A DNA stretch of 64,000 nucleotides from Candidatus Poribacteria bacterium (GCA_965197475.1 CBDANF010000002.1:640001-704000), one strand, 5' to 3'. Counted from the stretch's first letter, positions 19,051 to 30,076 are shown. Notes: generated from the sequence alone by a model not told the origin. Translations and numbers: made by a program.

Positions 19051-20289
19051 ATGAATATACATCAATTAGCAGGAAAAACCGTCGGAGCAGCAGTTTCAGG
19101 CGGTCTTGATAGCTGCACAATTACCAAATGGTTAGTCGATAAAGGGGTCAATGTCGTTTGCTTTACAGCGGACCTTGGACAACCCGATGAGCGGGATGTT
19201 GACGAGATTCGAGAACGGATGTTGGCATGTGGTGCTCAAGAGGCGGTCATGGTTGATGCGAAGGATGCGCTTGCTGAGGCGGGAATCCGTCTCATTCAAT
19301 GTCAGGCGATGTATGAAGGTGGGTATTGGAATACAACAGGTATCGCTCGACATGCCACGGTAAAAGCACTGCTACCAGAGATGGAAAAGCGCGGTATTTC
19401 TATCTTGACACACGGGGCAACCGGACGCGGGAACGATCAAATCCGATTTCAACTCGCCACCAATATGCTTAATCCGCACTTCTCTGTTTACGCACCGTGG
19501 CGAGATGCTGAATTTCTCAAACAGTTCGGTGGCAGAAAGGAGATGATAGATTTCTGCCAAACACACAACTTACCGATTACCGCTACGCATGAAAAACCTT
19601 ACTCTACAGATGCGAATTTGTTAGGATTAACACATGAAGCGGGTAGGTTAGAATCACTGAAAACACCAGCAGGGTTTATTACACCAGGAATGGGTGTACA
19701 TCCGAAAGACGCGCCAGATGATATAGAACACTTCACTGTTACGTTTGCACGGGGGATGCCTGTTGAAGTGAACGGAAGTCCTTGCACACCACTGATGAGT
19801 CTGATGGAGGCAAACCGAATTGGTGGACGAAACGGAGTCGGTATCGGGATTCATACTGTTGAAAACCGATTTGTTGGGATTAAAAGCCGTGGCGTTTATG
19901 AATCACCGGGAATGGAATTGCTGGGCAAATGTTATGAGTATTTACTTCAACTTATTTTAGATAGGCGAGCGCGAAAACTCTTTGATGGTATTTCGTCCGA
20001 TGTTGCCGAACAGATTTACCAGGGTTACTGGTTCGATTCCGCCACGCAATCCATGTTAGCATCGGTTGAATCGCTGACGCGTTTAGCAAGTGGGACGATT
20101 ACGGTTGCGCTGTATAAAGGAAACGTTGCATTCCATGCCGCAACCGGTGTTACGCATTCACTTTACTCTGAAGAAACGGCTTCAATGGAGGATATTGGGG
20201 ATTTTGATCACGCGGATTCGGAGGGTTTTCTGGCGGTGCTTGGTGTCGGTGCCCGGGCATCTGCTATTGCAGGGCAGACACAAGAGTAA
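19051..20289 (+). CDS. argG: Argininosuccinate synthase
   Basis: SGGLDS, HGATGRGNDQ, ENRFVGIKSRGVYESPG. Confidence 0.95.
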   Translation: MNIHQLAGKTVGAAVSGGLDSCTITKWLVDKGVNVVCFTADLGQPDERDVDEIRERMLACGAQEAVMVDAKDALAEAGIRLIQCQAMYEGGYWNTTGIARHATVKALLPEMEKRGISILTHGATGRGNDQIRFQLATNMLNPHFSVYAPWRDAEFLKQFGGRKEMIDFCQTHNLPITATHEKPYSTDANLLGLTHEAGRLESLKTPAGFITPGMGVHPKDAPDDIEHFTVTFARGMPVEVNGSPCTPLMSLMEANRIGGRNGVGIGIHTVENRFVGIKSRGVYESPGMELLGKCYEYLLQLILDRRARKLFDGISSDVAEQIYQGYWFDSATQSMLASVESLTRLASGTITVALYKGNVAFHAATGVTHSLYSEETASMEDIGDFDHADSEGFLAVLGVGARASAIAGQTQE

Positions 20290-20319
20290 GCAGACACCTC
20301 TTTTTTCTACTTTTCTGAA

Positions 20320-21312
20320 TTAAGGAACTTCAATCTTTGCAAACAGTTGTGCGATAATGCTTTCAACGTCAACACTCTCAGCTTCTGCTTCGTAGCTAAG
20401 GATGACTCGATGCCTTAGCACATCCATTCCAACTTCATGAATGTCTTCAGGTGTAACGTATCCACGTTGGGAGAGGAATGCTTGCGCTCTGGAGGCAAGC
20501 GCAAGGAAAATTGTTGCTCGTGGCGATGCGCCATACTCAATCAAAGGACTCAATTCGTCCAATTGATATGCTTCCGGTGCGCGCGTGGCACACACAAGAT
20601 CGACGATGTAAGTTTCCAACTGTTCCGCCATATAGATGTTGCGTGTAAGTTCACGGAATCTGATAATATCTTCACAGGAAATCACTTCCTGAATTTCAGG
20701 TATCTCTTCAGTTGTCATGCGGCGGAGGATTTGCAATTCCTCTGAGTGTGATGGGTAATTTACCTTAACCTTTAGCATAAATCTATCCACTTGTGCTTCG
20801 GGAAGTGGGTAGGTGCCTTCCTGCTCAATTGGGTTTTGTGTGGCTAAAACAAGGAATGGATCGTCAAGTGGGTAGGTGGTGCCACCAATTGTGACCTGCC
20901 GTTCCTGCATTGCTTCCAACAACGCACTTTGCACCTTCGCTGGCGCACGGTTTATTTCATCTGCAAGGATAACGTTTGCGAAAATAGGACCTTTTTTGGT
21001 GTAAAACTCGCCTTTCCGTTGGTCATAAATTAGGGTGCCGATGAGGTCTGCAGGGAGTAAGTCAGGCGTAAATTGGAGTCGCTTGAAAAAAGCATCAATA
21101 GTCTTTGCCAGCGCGGCAATAGCGGTGGTTTTCGCAAGTCCCGGCACACCTTCTAATAAGATGTGTCCATTACAGAGCAATCCGATAATTAAGCGTTCAA
21201 GTAGTGCGCGTTGTCCAACGATGATTTTGCCTGCTTCGTCCAGAATTCGCTGAATGAGGCTACTATCGGTTTGGATGCGGGCATTCATTGCCTCTAAATC
21301 GTAGTTTTGCAT
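20320..21312 (-). CDS. MoxR family AAA+ ATPase
   Basis: EGVPGLAKT, QFTPDLLPAD, DEINRAPAKVQSALLEAMQE, ATQNPIEQEGTYPLPEAQ. Confidence 0.95.
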   Translation of the reverse strand: MQNYDLEAMNARIQTDSSLIQRILDEAGKIIVGQRALLERLIIGLLCNGHILLEGVPGLAKTTAIAALAKTIDAFFKRLQFTPDLLPADLIGTLIYDQRKGEFYTKKGPIFANVILADEINRAPAKVQSALLEAMQERQVTIGGTTYPLDDPFLVLATQNPIEQEGTYPLPEAQVDRFMLKVKVNYPSHSEELQILRRMTTEEIPEIQEVISCEDIIRFRELTRNIYMAEQLETYIVDLVCATRAPEAYQLDELSPLIEYGASPRATIFLALASRAQAFLSQRGYVTPEDIHEVGMDVLRHRVILSYEAEAESVDVESIIAQLFAKIEVP

Positions 21313-21405
21313 ATTTTAATGGCTATCGGTTGCCGGTTATCAGTTTTCAGAGAAAGAGGGTTTCGATAAAACAAATCTCTTCTGACTGCTGATTACTGAC
21401 TGCTA

Positions 21406-22766
21406 TTACGTGAAAAACGGCTGCGTTTCCCCTTCCTGAAAGGATTGCTCAAGCCAAGGATCCTTGGTTTTCTGCCTGAATTCAATGACCTTTCGGCGCA
21501 TTTCATGGGCTATGTCTTGTAATTCCGGAGCATCAATGAGGTTTTTCGATTCTGCTGGGTCGTTCTGCATATCAAACAACGCTTCACGACTTTGATGCAC
21601 AAAATCTTCCCGTTGTCGCTCTCCTAATTTCTGTATATTGTCATCCCGTACGGCTGTCTATGAAATAGAACGGAACAGATCACTCGGAAGCGGTGTCTCC
21701 AATTGATATGCCAGATTACGGACATATTTGTATCTCCGTCCCCGTAAAACCCGATATGGATAATAGTTGGTCACCTCATGGAAACAATGAGAGTAATATG
21801 TTTCCTCCCACTGTCCGTTGCCGGGGTGAGGACTGTCATCTTCAAGAATAGGGAGTAATGATCTGCCGGGGAGCGCGTCTTCCCCATCAGGATGAGAAAC
21901 ACCGCACCAATCTAACATGGTTGGGCAAAAATCAACCCAGTTGACAAGTGCCTGATTGCGGAGCCCGCGCCGTTGCTGCGTGGGGCTTGCAATAAGTAAT
22001 GGACAGTGGTGTCCACTATCACAAAACTGGATGCTTTTGCGCCGGGAAACGGCATGGCATGGTCTGTTGTTACAAAAACAAGTGTGTCATCTGCGCGTCC
22101 AGAAGCGTCAAGAGCGTCTAAAGCTGCACCGACCACAGCATCCCATCGTGAAACACTTTCGTAATAGTCCGCAAGGTCTTCGCGAACGGCAGGGACATCC
22201 GGTAGAAAATTCGGCACAATTATCTCATCAGGACTATAAGTACCGGGTTCAATACCAGCATGCTGCCGATCATTTCCGAAACCCTTTCCTGCCCGATGTG
22301 GATAAGTGCAGCCGATATGTAGATAAAATGGCGTATCCGTGTTTTGCGAGAGGAATTGTTCAACACTCTCTGCCACTGACACAGGACTTCGGGGATTAAC
22401 CTTGGGTTCATAATCAAAAGAGTAAACGCTTACGGGTTCAACGTGCTTTTTGCCAATACAGGCAGTCGCAAATCCGTGTGCTTTCAGAATTTTTGGAACA
22501 GACTGCATGTGTTCATGCGTGCGAAAACCGTGAATACCGTGGCAGTGTCCATATTGCCCATGCGTGTGGCTATGTTGTCCTGTGAGAATACATGCTCGAC
22601 TCACCGCACAGGAAGGACTTGTGCAGAATCCGTAGTCAAAAACAACACCGCGTTCTGCAAAGGCATCAATTCGGGGGGTTCTGATTACTTCATTGCCGTA
22701 GCATTTTGCGATACGGCTCCAATCGTCCGCAATAACGAACATAACGTTTTTATAGGAATTTTTCAT
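21406..22766 (-). pseudogene. Sulfatase (N-sulfoglucosamine sulfohydrolase-like), with a frameshift and an in-frame stop
   Basis: IADD, SPSCAVSRACILTG, GKKH, TTDHAMPFP; frameshift near 22022; TAG at 21658-21660 with homology continuing to LFDMQNDPAESKNL. Confidence 0.85.
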
Positions 22767-22787
22767 AAATTTTCTAAAACAAGTAAA

Positions 22788-22840
22788 GGTCGAGATTCGG
22801 AGATCGCTCCTACGGTAGGAGGAAACTCCGATACCCGATT
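22788..22840. repeat. Back-to-back GTAG-type REP-like palindromes
   Basis: ggtcgagattcggagatcgctcctac followed by gtaggaggaaactccgatacccga; related to 5218-5301. Confidence 0.7.
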
Positions 22841-22849
22841 ATTGTCACT

Positions 22850-25174
22850 TTATACTAACCCACCCCGTTTTCGCAAGAACCACTCAAGACCGAGTAGCAT
22901 GAGGATTAACCCGAAAATCAGCGGCAGGTCCCAAATATCAACATCAGTGATTTCTGATGTCGCACTCTCAACAAGCGAGATTTGATTGACTAATTGGTTT
23001 GCCTCTTCAATGGGATAATATTTGCCGCCGCTCATCTCTGCGAGATTTGTAAGAAGCGACACATTGAGTGCTGCATCACTAAACTCTGCATAAGACGGTT
23101 TGACTTCAAAAAGTGCCTGCTGTTTGCCAAGGTTTTCACCATCAAGAGTGCCCGTTGCAGTAACGGTGTATTCACCAAACCGACTCGGAACAAATCGTGC
23201 TGTATACAAACCATCTGTGCCTAACACCTGCTCAAGTGGAAGTTCTTTCCGAGTGCCAGTTTCATCAACAACGATTGCGCGCAACTTCGCTTCATTCGTT
23301 AACGTAAACGTTTCATCTATTGCGGTTACCTCAATTACAACGGGTTCTTTCAGCATATATTCAGTCTTGGCAAGATCAAGTTTGAGAGCAGCTTTGGGCG
23401 CGGTGGTCAACCATTTCGCTACCTGCCGCCAGAAACGGTGGTGGCTGTCATCATTACTCTCTAATAGCATTTGCCATCTATATGGATTATTCGGCGTGAA
23501 CACCATGACACGTCCCGCGTTGTAATTGTGGGTTGCCATTATGATACGTTTTCCAAATTCATTCCGATCACTCGGATGTTCAGCGAGGATTGTTGCTCCT
23601 GCTTTTGCACGTTTGACTTTACTATAACCGAAAAGTTCTGGCATATCACTCCAAAGTCGCAAATTTTCAGCGGGGTTATCTGCCAATTCCATCAACGACT
23701 CTGTTTTGCCTTCTGTTGTCAGTTGCAACTTAAATCCTTTTACATGTGGTATCTGGGATGGTGGAAGGTGACTGGGGACAGATTTAGGTGGCGAACCTAA
23801 TTCCAATTCAACAGGAAGTAAGTGGGCAATTGGTGTGTTGAGATATGAATCGGTTACTTCAGAGTTGCCTAAGGAATGCGTGCCGCCTAACATCAAAAAG
23901 CCGCCGCCGCGTGTGCGTACGAATTCAACTGTGTTCTCAAGTTGTGTGCGCGTGAATTTGGAAGCGTCAATATTACCGAAAATAATTGCGTCAAAATTGA
24001 AAAGGACATCTTTTGAATCGGGATAGAATTTGAAGTCTTGGTCTGAACTATCTTGGGTGCCGCCATAACTGCGATCGCTCGTTGTGCATCGGTCAGTTAA
24101 GACGATATTCGGATCATCCTGCAAGGCGCGCTTGATGAATTTAAATCCCCAAAACGGCCTGGAAACGAATAAGATTTTTACACGTTTCGTAGGGATTACT
24201 TTTAAGATGAAAGTTTTGGTGTTATTTTGTGGGATTACCTCGTCAGCTTCAGGAAGGACATACACCTCATATTTTTGGGTGCCCGGTTGACGCGGGGTAA
24301 ATTTGATCGGAACTCTCGTTGTGTCGTTTTTCATAGACACCGGCAATGTTTGAAGAATTCGTCCGTTCTCGATTAATTGGATCGTAACTTCTTTTTGCTT
24401 GCTACCTGTACGCCTCACTGTAGCGGATATTTCGACAGGAAAATCTTCTTCTGCGGTACGGGGGACATCCACCTTGACCAATTCGATGTCAGCGGCACCT
24501 TCTTCTGAACCGATGCCAACAGTGTGGATAGGTACTTTCCGTTCACGGATTTGCATCGCAAGTTTTGCTATATCTGCTCCGCTTCGATCTACGCCATCAG
24601 TGAAGAGGACAATACCGGAAAGTGGAATGCCTTGCAAGTCATCAAGTGCTTCATTTATCGCGTGCGGGATATTTGTGTTTTCCCCATCCGCAGCTGGTAA
24701 TGGTTCATTTTCAATTCGTTTCGCGTCCGTGTCAAATCCAAACAGTCTGGTCTTAAATTGATTGGCATTCAGTTCGTCAATGAGTCCACTACCATCTTCA
24801 GTATTTTCACCGAAAAGCAGCTGGTTAGCCCGATTCAACCGAGATTTTCCATCGTCTGAATCCGTAATCTGCATGCTTTTGGAACGGTCGACCATTACTA
24901 AGAGGTAGGAATCATCAGGGTTGTTCTGATAAATAGTTAGAAAAGGTTTGAGTAGACAAAAGGCGAGGAAACACAGTACAATTGTGCGGAGAACAATGAG
25001 AAATATGCGAAAAACGTGCCCAGTACGCCCCCTTGTGCTCCGATATGCCCAAATGGTTGCTGCAACAAGAGAAGCCATCAAGACAAAGATAAGAAGCCCT
25101 GGTAATGGCACGCCGAACGAGAAATCCCCTTCTCGAAAAACATCAATCGGGTACCTCATGAGTTGTTCAAACAT
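22850..25174 (-). CDS. Membrane protein with vWA domain and glutamine-amidotransferase-like domain (MoxR-associated type)
   Basis: N-terminal TM helices; DRSKSM MIDAS, LFTDG; GGGFLMLGG; C-terminal EWFLRKRGGLV. Confidence 0.8.
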   Translation of the reverse strand: MFEQLMRYPIDVFREGDFSFGVPLPGLLIFVLMASLVAATIWAYRSTRGRTGHVFRIFLIVLRTIVLCFLAFCLLKPFLTIYQNNPDDSYLLVMVDRSKSMQITDSDDGKSRLNRANQLLFGENTEDGSGLIDELNANQFKTRLFGFDTDAKRIENEPLPAADGENTNIPHAINEALDDLQGIPLSGIVLFTDGVDRSGADIAKLAMQIRERKVPIHTVGIGSEEGAADIELVKVDVPRTAEEDFPVEISATVRRTGSKQKEVTIQLIENGRILQTLPVSMKNDTTRVPIKFTPRQPGTQKYEVYVLPEADEVIPQNNTKTFILKVIPTKRVKILFVSRPFWGFKFIKRALQDDPNIVLTDRCTTSDRSYGGTQDSSDQDFKFYPDSKDVLFNFDAIIFGNIDASKFTRTQLENTVEFVRTRGGGFLMLGGTHSLGNSEVTDSYLNTPIAHLLPVELELGSPPKSVPSHLPPSQIPHVKGFKLQLTTEGKTESLMELADNPAENLRLWSDMPELFGYSKVKRAKAGATILAEHPSDRNEFGKRIIMATHNYNAGRVMVFTPNNPYRWQMLLESNDDSHHRFWRQVAKWLTTAPKAALKLDLAKTEYMLKEPVVIEVTAIDETFTLTNEAKLRAIVVDETGTRKELPLEQVLGTDGLYTARFVPSRFGEYTVTATGTLDGENLGKQQALFEVKPSYAEFSDAALNVSLLTNLAEMSGGKYYPIEEANQLVNQISLVESATSEITDVDIWDLPLIFGLILMLLGLEWFLRKRGGLV

Positions 25175-25519
25175 AACGTTATGTTACCTCTATAAACAGA
25201 ATGCCAGCGAATTAAGGATGCGTTCTTGTTTGTGTAATACTATTTACTATTATACACGGGAATGTTGAATTAGTTCAACCTTATTTTGAATTTCAGGGTG
25301 TGTAAATTTAGTCATGTGCATAATCCATTTAATGCACCTTTTGCCAAACCGCACATCTAAGCCGCAGATAGAGGTAGTGAGAACAAGAAACTCGCTGAAA
25401 AGTTTCCATGGTACCGTTATTTCATCGGTGATGAAGTAAAAGTTGAAGAAGTTTCTATTGATGAACTCTAATAGAAATTAAACCGAAACCTATATAGCTC
25501 TTCTTTCCGCTAATTTTTC

Positions 25520-25548
25520 TTGACATTACCAAAATTACATGTTATTAT
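25520..25548 (+). promoter_or_regulatory. Sigma70-type promoter of the ABC operon
   Basis: TTGACA-N17-TATTAT with TG extension. Confidence 0.6.
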
Positions 25549-25635
25549 TTTAAAAGAATTTTATCCTTATTAAACGTTGGTTAGAAATCCTTTTCGCCAA
25601 CCACATCTCTATATTATTTAAGAAATTAAATCGTA

Positions 25636-26631
25636 ATGATTGAAGTCAGAGAACTAACAAAATCTTACGGTCCAACGCTTGCCGTTAATCAGGTTTCATT
25701 TGAAGCGCATGCAGGAGAGGTTGTAGGGTTCATCGGTCCCAACGGTGCGGGAAAGACCACCACGATGCGTATCCTGACCTGCTATCTCACTGCAGATGTA
25801 GGTAGTGCTACCGTTGCTGGCTACGATGTTCTTGAACACGCTATTGATGTCAGAAAAAATGTTGGCTACCTTCCTGAAAGCGCGCCGCTTTACGCAGACA
25901 TGGGAGTAGTTGAATACCTCAAGTTTATGGCGGAAGTCCGGGAAATACCCAAAAGTCAACGGAAAGAACGGTTAAGAACGGTCGTTGAAATCTGTGGACT
26001 TGAGGGTGTTATTCAAAAGGACATCGGTGAACTTTCTAAAGGTTACCGACAACGTGTTGGCTTAGCGCAAAGCCTCATCCACGACCCGCCGATCCTGATT
26101 TTAGACGAACCTACCTCTGGACTTGACCCGAGCCAAACAATTGAGATTCGAAACCTGATAAAGGATATCGGGGAAGAGAAACTTGTCCTCTTCAGCACAC
26201 ACATTTTGCCTGAAGTGGCTGCGACCTGTAGCCGAATCCTTATTATCAACCGTGGGCAAATTGTCGCTAACGGTACGCTGGTGGATCTCATTAGCCAGGT
26301 TCGGAGTGAAGACAAAGTGCATGTTGCTATCCGAGGATCGGAAGAAGCGATTACCACAAAACTAAATGAGTTGGATGGCATCTCTGGGGTTACACATGTC
26401 AAAACAGACGATGGCATCGTAAGTTATGAAATCACTACGGCACAAGATGCCGAAATTGCAACTGAAACCCTCTTCCACGCTGCTGTCCAAAATGACTGGA
26501 GCTTGGCGGAGCTACGCCCAGAATCAGTCGATTTGGAACAGGTATTCCTCTACTTTACGACTGGACAGGTTAAAGATGCCACACCTACTGAGGAATTAGC
26601 AACCGAAGTAGCTTCTCCAGAAGAGGCGTAA
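25636..26631 (+). CDS. ABC transporter ATP-binding protein (GldA-like)
   Basis: GPNGAGKTT, LSKGYRQR, LILDEP, STH. Confidence 0.92.
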   Translation: MIEVRELTKSYGPTLAVNQVSFEAHAGEVVGFIGPNGAGKTTTMRILTCYLTADVGSATVAGYDVLEHAIDVRKNVGYLPESAPLYADMGVVEYLKFMAEVREIPKSQRKERLRTVVEICGLEGVIQKDIGELSKGYRQRVGLAQSLIHDPPILILDEPTSGLDPSQTIEIRNLIKDIGEEKLVLFSTHILPEVAATCSRILIINRGQIVANGTLVDLISQVRSEDKVHVAIRGSEEAITTKLNELDGISGVTHVKTDDGIVSYEITTAQDAEIATETLFHAAVQNDWSLAELRPESVDLEQVFLYFTTGQVKDATPTEELATEVASPEEA

Positions 26632-26693
26632 ATATAAGGTTAACGTTTTCGTTTTTTCTATAACCGTGTGTCGCGCGTACAAAAAAGAATACT

Positions 26694-27410
26694 ATGCAGA
26701 ACATCAACGCTATTTTCAAAAAGGAATTCAGAAGTTATTTCAATTCACCCATTGCGTATATTTTTATCACGTTTTTCCTCGCCATCTCTTCGTGGCTTTT
26801 TTTCCGTGCTTTTTTCATTACCAATCAAGCCGAAATGCGAGGATTTTTTGGGTTAATGCCATGGATTTTTCTATTTTTTATCCCCGCAGTTACGATGAAA
26901 CTCTGGGCTGAAGAGAAGAAACTCGGAACAGCAGAAATCCTAATGACGTTACCAATTCGGGATTACGAAGTGGTACTCGGGAAATTTTTTGCGAGTTTCG
27001 GGTTGCTTGCTGTAACAGCTCTATTTTCACTTGCCATTCCCTTTTCGGTTATGTATCTCGGTGATCCAGATGGCGGAACAATTGTATGCGGCTACCTCGG
27101 ATTACTATTGATGGGTGGTGCTTATCTGGCGATAGGGCTATTTGCTTCAACGTTGACTGAGAATCAGATTATCGCCTTTATTTTGGGAATCTCTGCCTGC
27201 TTTGTCCTACTGATTATCGGCGAAGACATTGTGCTTTTCAGTACTCCCGATTGGTTATATCCAATTTTTAGCTATCTCGGTCTTAGTGCACATTATAGTA
27301 GTATTCTGCGCGGCGTGATTGATTCTCGCGACATTATCTATTATTTGACGATCATCGGGTTTTTTCTCTATTTAAGCACGCGGTCGGTTGAAAGTCGGAA
27401 ATGGCGTTAA
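26694..27410 (+). CDS. ABC-2 permease (GldF-like)
   Basis: KEFRSYFNSPIAY, EEKKLGTAEILMTLP, multiple TM helices. Confidence 0.9.
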   Translation: MQNINAIFKKEFRSYFNSPIAYIFITFFLAISSWLFFRAFFITNQAEMRGFFGLMPWIFLFFIPAVTMKLWAEEKKLGTAEILMTLPIRDYEVVLGKFFASFGLLAVTALFSLAIPFSVMYLGDPDGGTIVCGYLGLLLMGGAYLAIGLFASTLTENQIIAFILGISACFVLLIIGEDIVLFSTPDWLYPIFSYLGLSAHYSSILRGVIDSRDIIYYLTIIGFFLYLSTRSVESRKWR

Positions 27411-27430
27411 GATGAAGGAGGTAAACTGTT

Positions 27431-29068
27431 TTGGCTGATAAAAGAATCAGATACGGTAGCAATACAGTCGCTTTTATAGTACTCATCTTCGGTATCCTGG
27501 TGCTGGTTAATTTCCTATCCTCGCGTCGTTTTTTGCGCGGTGATCTCACCGAAGATAAACGTTATACTGTCTCAAAAGCAACCAAAAATGTTATTAAGAG
27601 TCTTGACGATATCGTCACAATCTCCGCTTATTTTTCCACACAACCCGCGGACGTAGCGCGAATCCGCCGCAATGTCAGGGATGTTCTGGATGAATATACG
27701 GCATTCTCTCAAAAACTGCAGGTTGATTTTGTCGATCCTGCTGATTTTGACGACGCACAAAAACAGGAACTCCGTTTCAAAGGTATTCCTGAAATCCAAG
27801 TCAATGTTTTCAAGAAGGACAAAGCAGAAATAGCGAATGTCTATATGGCTATCTCTATCGGTTACAGTGGAAAAGAGGAAGTCCTTCCAATTGTGCGTTC
27901 AACTTCTAACTTGGAATATGAACTCACCTCCACAATCCTCAAGGTGACTACCAAAGATGCGAAAACGGTCGGATTTTTGACAGGGCACGATGAGTTTGAT
28001 ATCAACGCGCAAACACAGGGGCATCAACAATTTCGAGAACTCTTGGATAAAAATGGCAAAGGACAATATAATCTTACCGCTGTTGACCTCCATGCTGGAG
28101 AACCGGTTGACGAGGCTGTAACTACCTTAGTTGTTGCCGGACCAAAACAAGCGTTGACAGAACGGGAAAAATACGAGATTGACCAGTTTATCATGCGTGG
28201 CGGCAGAGCAATTTTCTTAGTTGATCCCGTTACAATGCAACCTGGAACGGTTCAAGCAACGCCTCTTAGCACCGGTTTGAATGATCTACTTGAACATTAC
28301 GGTGTCAAACTTGGAAACAATCTCATCGCTGACCTAAGATTTCATGATAACATAGCATACCTGCAAGGTCGGATACGCGTTAGTCGCCCCTATCCCTATT
28401 TTGTTAGAATAATTAAATCGAACTTCTCAAAAGAGAACACTATCACGAGTCAATTGGAGGAATTGACTTTACCCTGGACGAGTTCTTTAGAGATATTGAC
28501 AAATGAGGATGTAAAGGCAATGTCTTTAGCAAAAACGAGCGAATCTGGGCAGAGTTCCCAAGGATATTTCAACTTGATGCCAGGTGCTCCAATTCCGAGG
28601 GCGGATTTACAAGTATATACCGTTGCTGCTGCTTTGGAAGGGAAATTCAATAGTTTCTATGCCGATAAAGAGATTCCTTCGGTAATATCGGCTGCGGACT
28701 CTGATGGTGAAAATGACACATCCACTCCAACACAAGAAGCTGAAGATAGAACAACTATAACTGAAAGTGCAGAAACGCAAATTGTTGTAATGGGAACCGC
28801 ACAATTCCTCTCACAGTTGCGCTCCGATGGACTCAACTTTTTCTTAAACAGTCTGGATTGGCTAACCCTTGGTGAAACCCTTATCGGTATACGATCCCAT
28901 GCCATCACCGACAGACCCCTAAAAGATGCCTCAGGTTTGGAGAAAAATTTCATCAAATACATGTGTACTGTTGGTATTCCACTATTAGTCGTTATTTTTG
29001 GGTTAATCCGGTATCTCTTAAAAAGGAGGGTGAAACGGTTGGTTGGAACCTACGGTTCACAGATTTAA
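27431..29068 (+). CDS. GldG-like ABC auxiliary component
   Basis: DLTEDKRYTVS, LEYELTS, GFLTGHDE, N- and C-terminal TM helices. Confidence 0.88.
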   Translation: MADKRIRYGSNTVAFIVLIFGILVLVNFLSSRRFLRGDLTEDKRYTVSKATKNVIKSLDDIVTISAYFSTQPADVARIRRNVRDVLDEYTAFSQKLQVDFVDPADFDDAQKQELRFKGIPEIQVNVFKKDKAEIANVYMAISIGYSGKEEVLPIVRSTSNLEYELTSTILKVTTKDAKTVGFLTGHDEFDINAQTQGHQQFRELLDKNGKGQYNLTAVDLHAGEPVDEAVTTLVVAGPKQALTEREKYEIDQFIMRGGRAIFLVDPVTMQPGTVQATPLSTGLNDLLEHYGVKLGNNLIADLRFHDNIAYLQGRIRVSRPYPYFVRIIKSNFSKENTITSQLEELTLPWTSSLEILTNEDVKAMSLAKTSESGQSSQGYFNLMPGAPIPRADLQVYTVAAALEGKFNSFYADKEIPSVISAADSDGENDTSTPTQEAEDRTTITESAETQIVVMGTAQFLSQLRSDGLNFFLNSLDWLTLGETLIGIRSHAITDRPLKDASGLEKNFIKYMCTVGIPLLVVIFGLIRYLLKRRVKRLVGTYGSQI

Positions 29069-29111
29069 ACTGTTCCGACAAGTTGTTAGAACATACCAAC
29101 CGAATGGAACA

Positions 29112-30047
29112 ATGAAAAAGAAACAACTACTGATTTTAGGCGGCGTTTTTGTTTTTTTGTTACTCATTGTCCTGATTTTTGAGAACCCTTTCAGGAAAAG
29201 CGAGTATCAAAAGAAGATTGAAGATGCTACGATCCTGTTTCCGAACTTCAATAAGGAACAGGTCACAAAAATAGAGATCGTTACCAAAGGTGAAACCACA
29301 ACCCTTTCCAAGCAAAACGATCAATGGGTTGTTGTCTCTATGGACAATTATCCCGCAGATAGTGAAAGTGTTGAGGAATTGTTGACCAAAGTTGCAGAAT
29401 TTGACAATGCCGAACATGTCTCCGACAACCCTAAAAATCAGGCTGAATTCCAAGTAGATAGCTCCGGTGTTGAAGCAAAATTGATGGATGCAAACGGTAA
29501 AATGTTAGCGCACTTGTTTGTCGGGAAAAATACCCCTGGATTCTTGAGCAGTTACGTGCGCGTTGCAGATTCCAATGATGTTTATGTAGGGCAAGGTTAT
29601 CTACAATCCGTTTTTGACAAAGGAACACGAACTTGGAAAGATCGGACTATCTTCGATTTTAACAAAGGTATCGTTACACAGATTAACATCATTTCTCCCG
29701 AAGAAACGGTTGAACTGCGGTTAGATGCTGAGAATAAGTGGCAGATACACAAACCGATGTCTGCGGCCGCGAACCAGACCGAAGTTGACAACCTGCTCAC
29801 TACCTTCAGTAAATTGATGACCGATGATTTCGCTGAAGTAAAAGAACTTACGGAATACGGATTAGATTCTCCGACCTCATCTATCTCTGCTATTCTCAAT
29901 GACGGAACAACGCCGACGTTGCATGTCGGAAAAGAGGAAGGCGGCAAACTTTACGTCAAACGTGCTGATAAAGGGACGGTTTTCATGTTATTCAAATCGA
30001 ATGTTGATAGATTAATAAAGAAATCTGAGACTCTTACGGAAATGTAA
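29112..30047 (+). CDS. DUF4340-like membrane-anchored protein
   Basis: N-terminal TM, duplicated domain (W...AD/AN...V..LL, YGL), usual position after GldG-like genes. Confidence 0.75.
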   Translation: MKKKQLLILGGVFVFLLLIVLIFENPFRKSEYQKKIEDATILFPNFNKEQVTKIEIVTKGETTTLSKQNDQWVVVSMDNYPADSESVEELLTKVAEFDNAEHVSDNPKNQAEFQVDSSGVEAKLMDANGKMLAHLFVGKNTPGFLSSYVRVADSNDVYVGQGYLQSVFDKGTRTWKDRTIFDFNKGIVTQINIISPEETVELRLDAENKWQIHKPMSAAANQTEVDNLLTTFSKLMTDDFAEVKELTEYGLDSPTSSISAILNDGTTPTLHVGKEEGGKLYVKRADKGTVFMLFKSNVDRLIKKSETLTEM

Positions 30048-30076
30048 CACCTCCAGAGACAGAGAAGGTGGAGGTA
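30048..30076 (+). terminator. Possible terminator hairpin after the ABC operon
   Basis: acctcca...tggaggt inverted repeat immediately after the stop; no strong U-tract. Confidence 0.35.

Noticed and set aside
21658-21660. Amber recoding suggested by in-frame TAGs (also 39348 and 46625)
   Set aside because: TAG ends many intact genes in this window, and two of the affected genes carry additional frameshifts, so ordinary nonsense mutation suffices.
25636-30047. Gliding motility system
   Set aside because: GldAFG-like ABC clusters are widespread in non-gliding bacteria, and no motor genes are present here.
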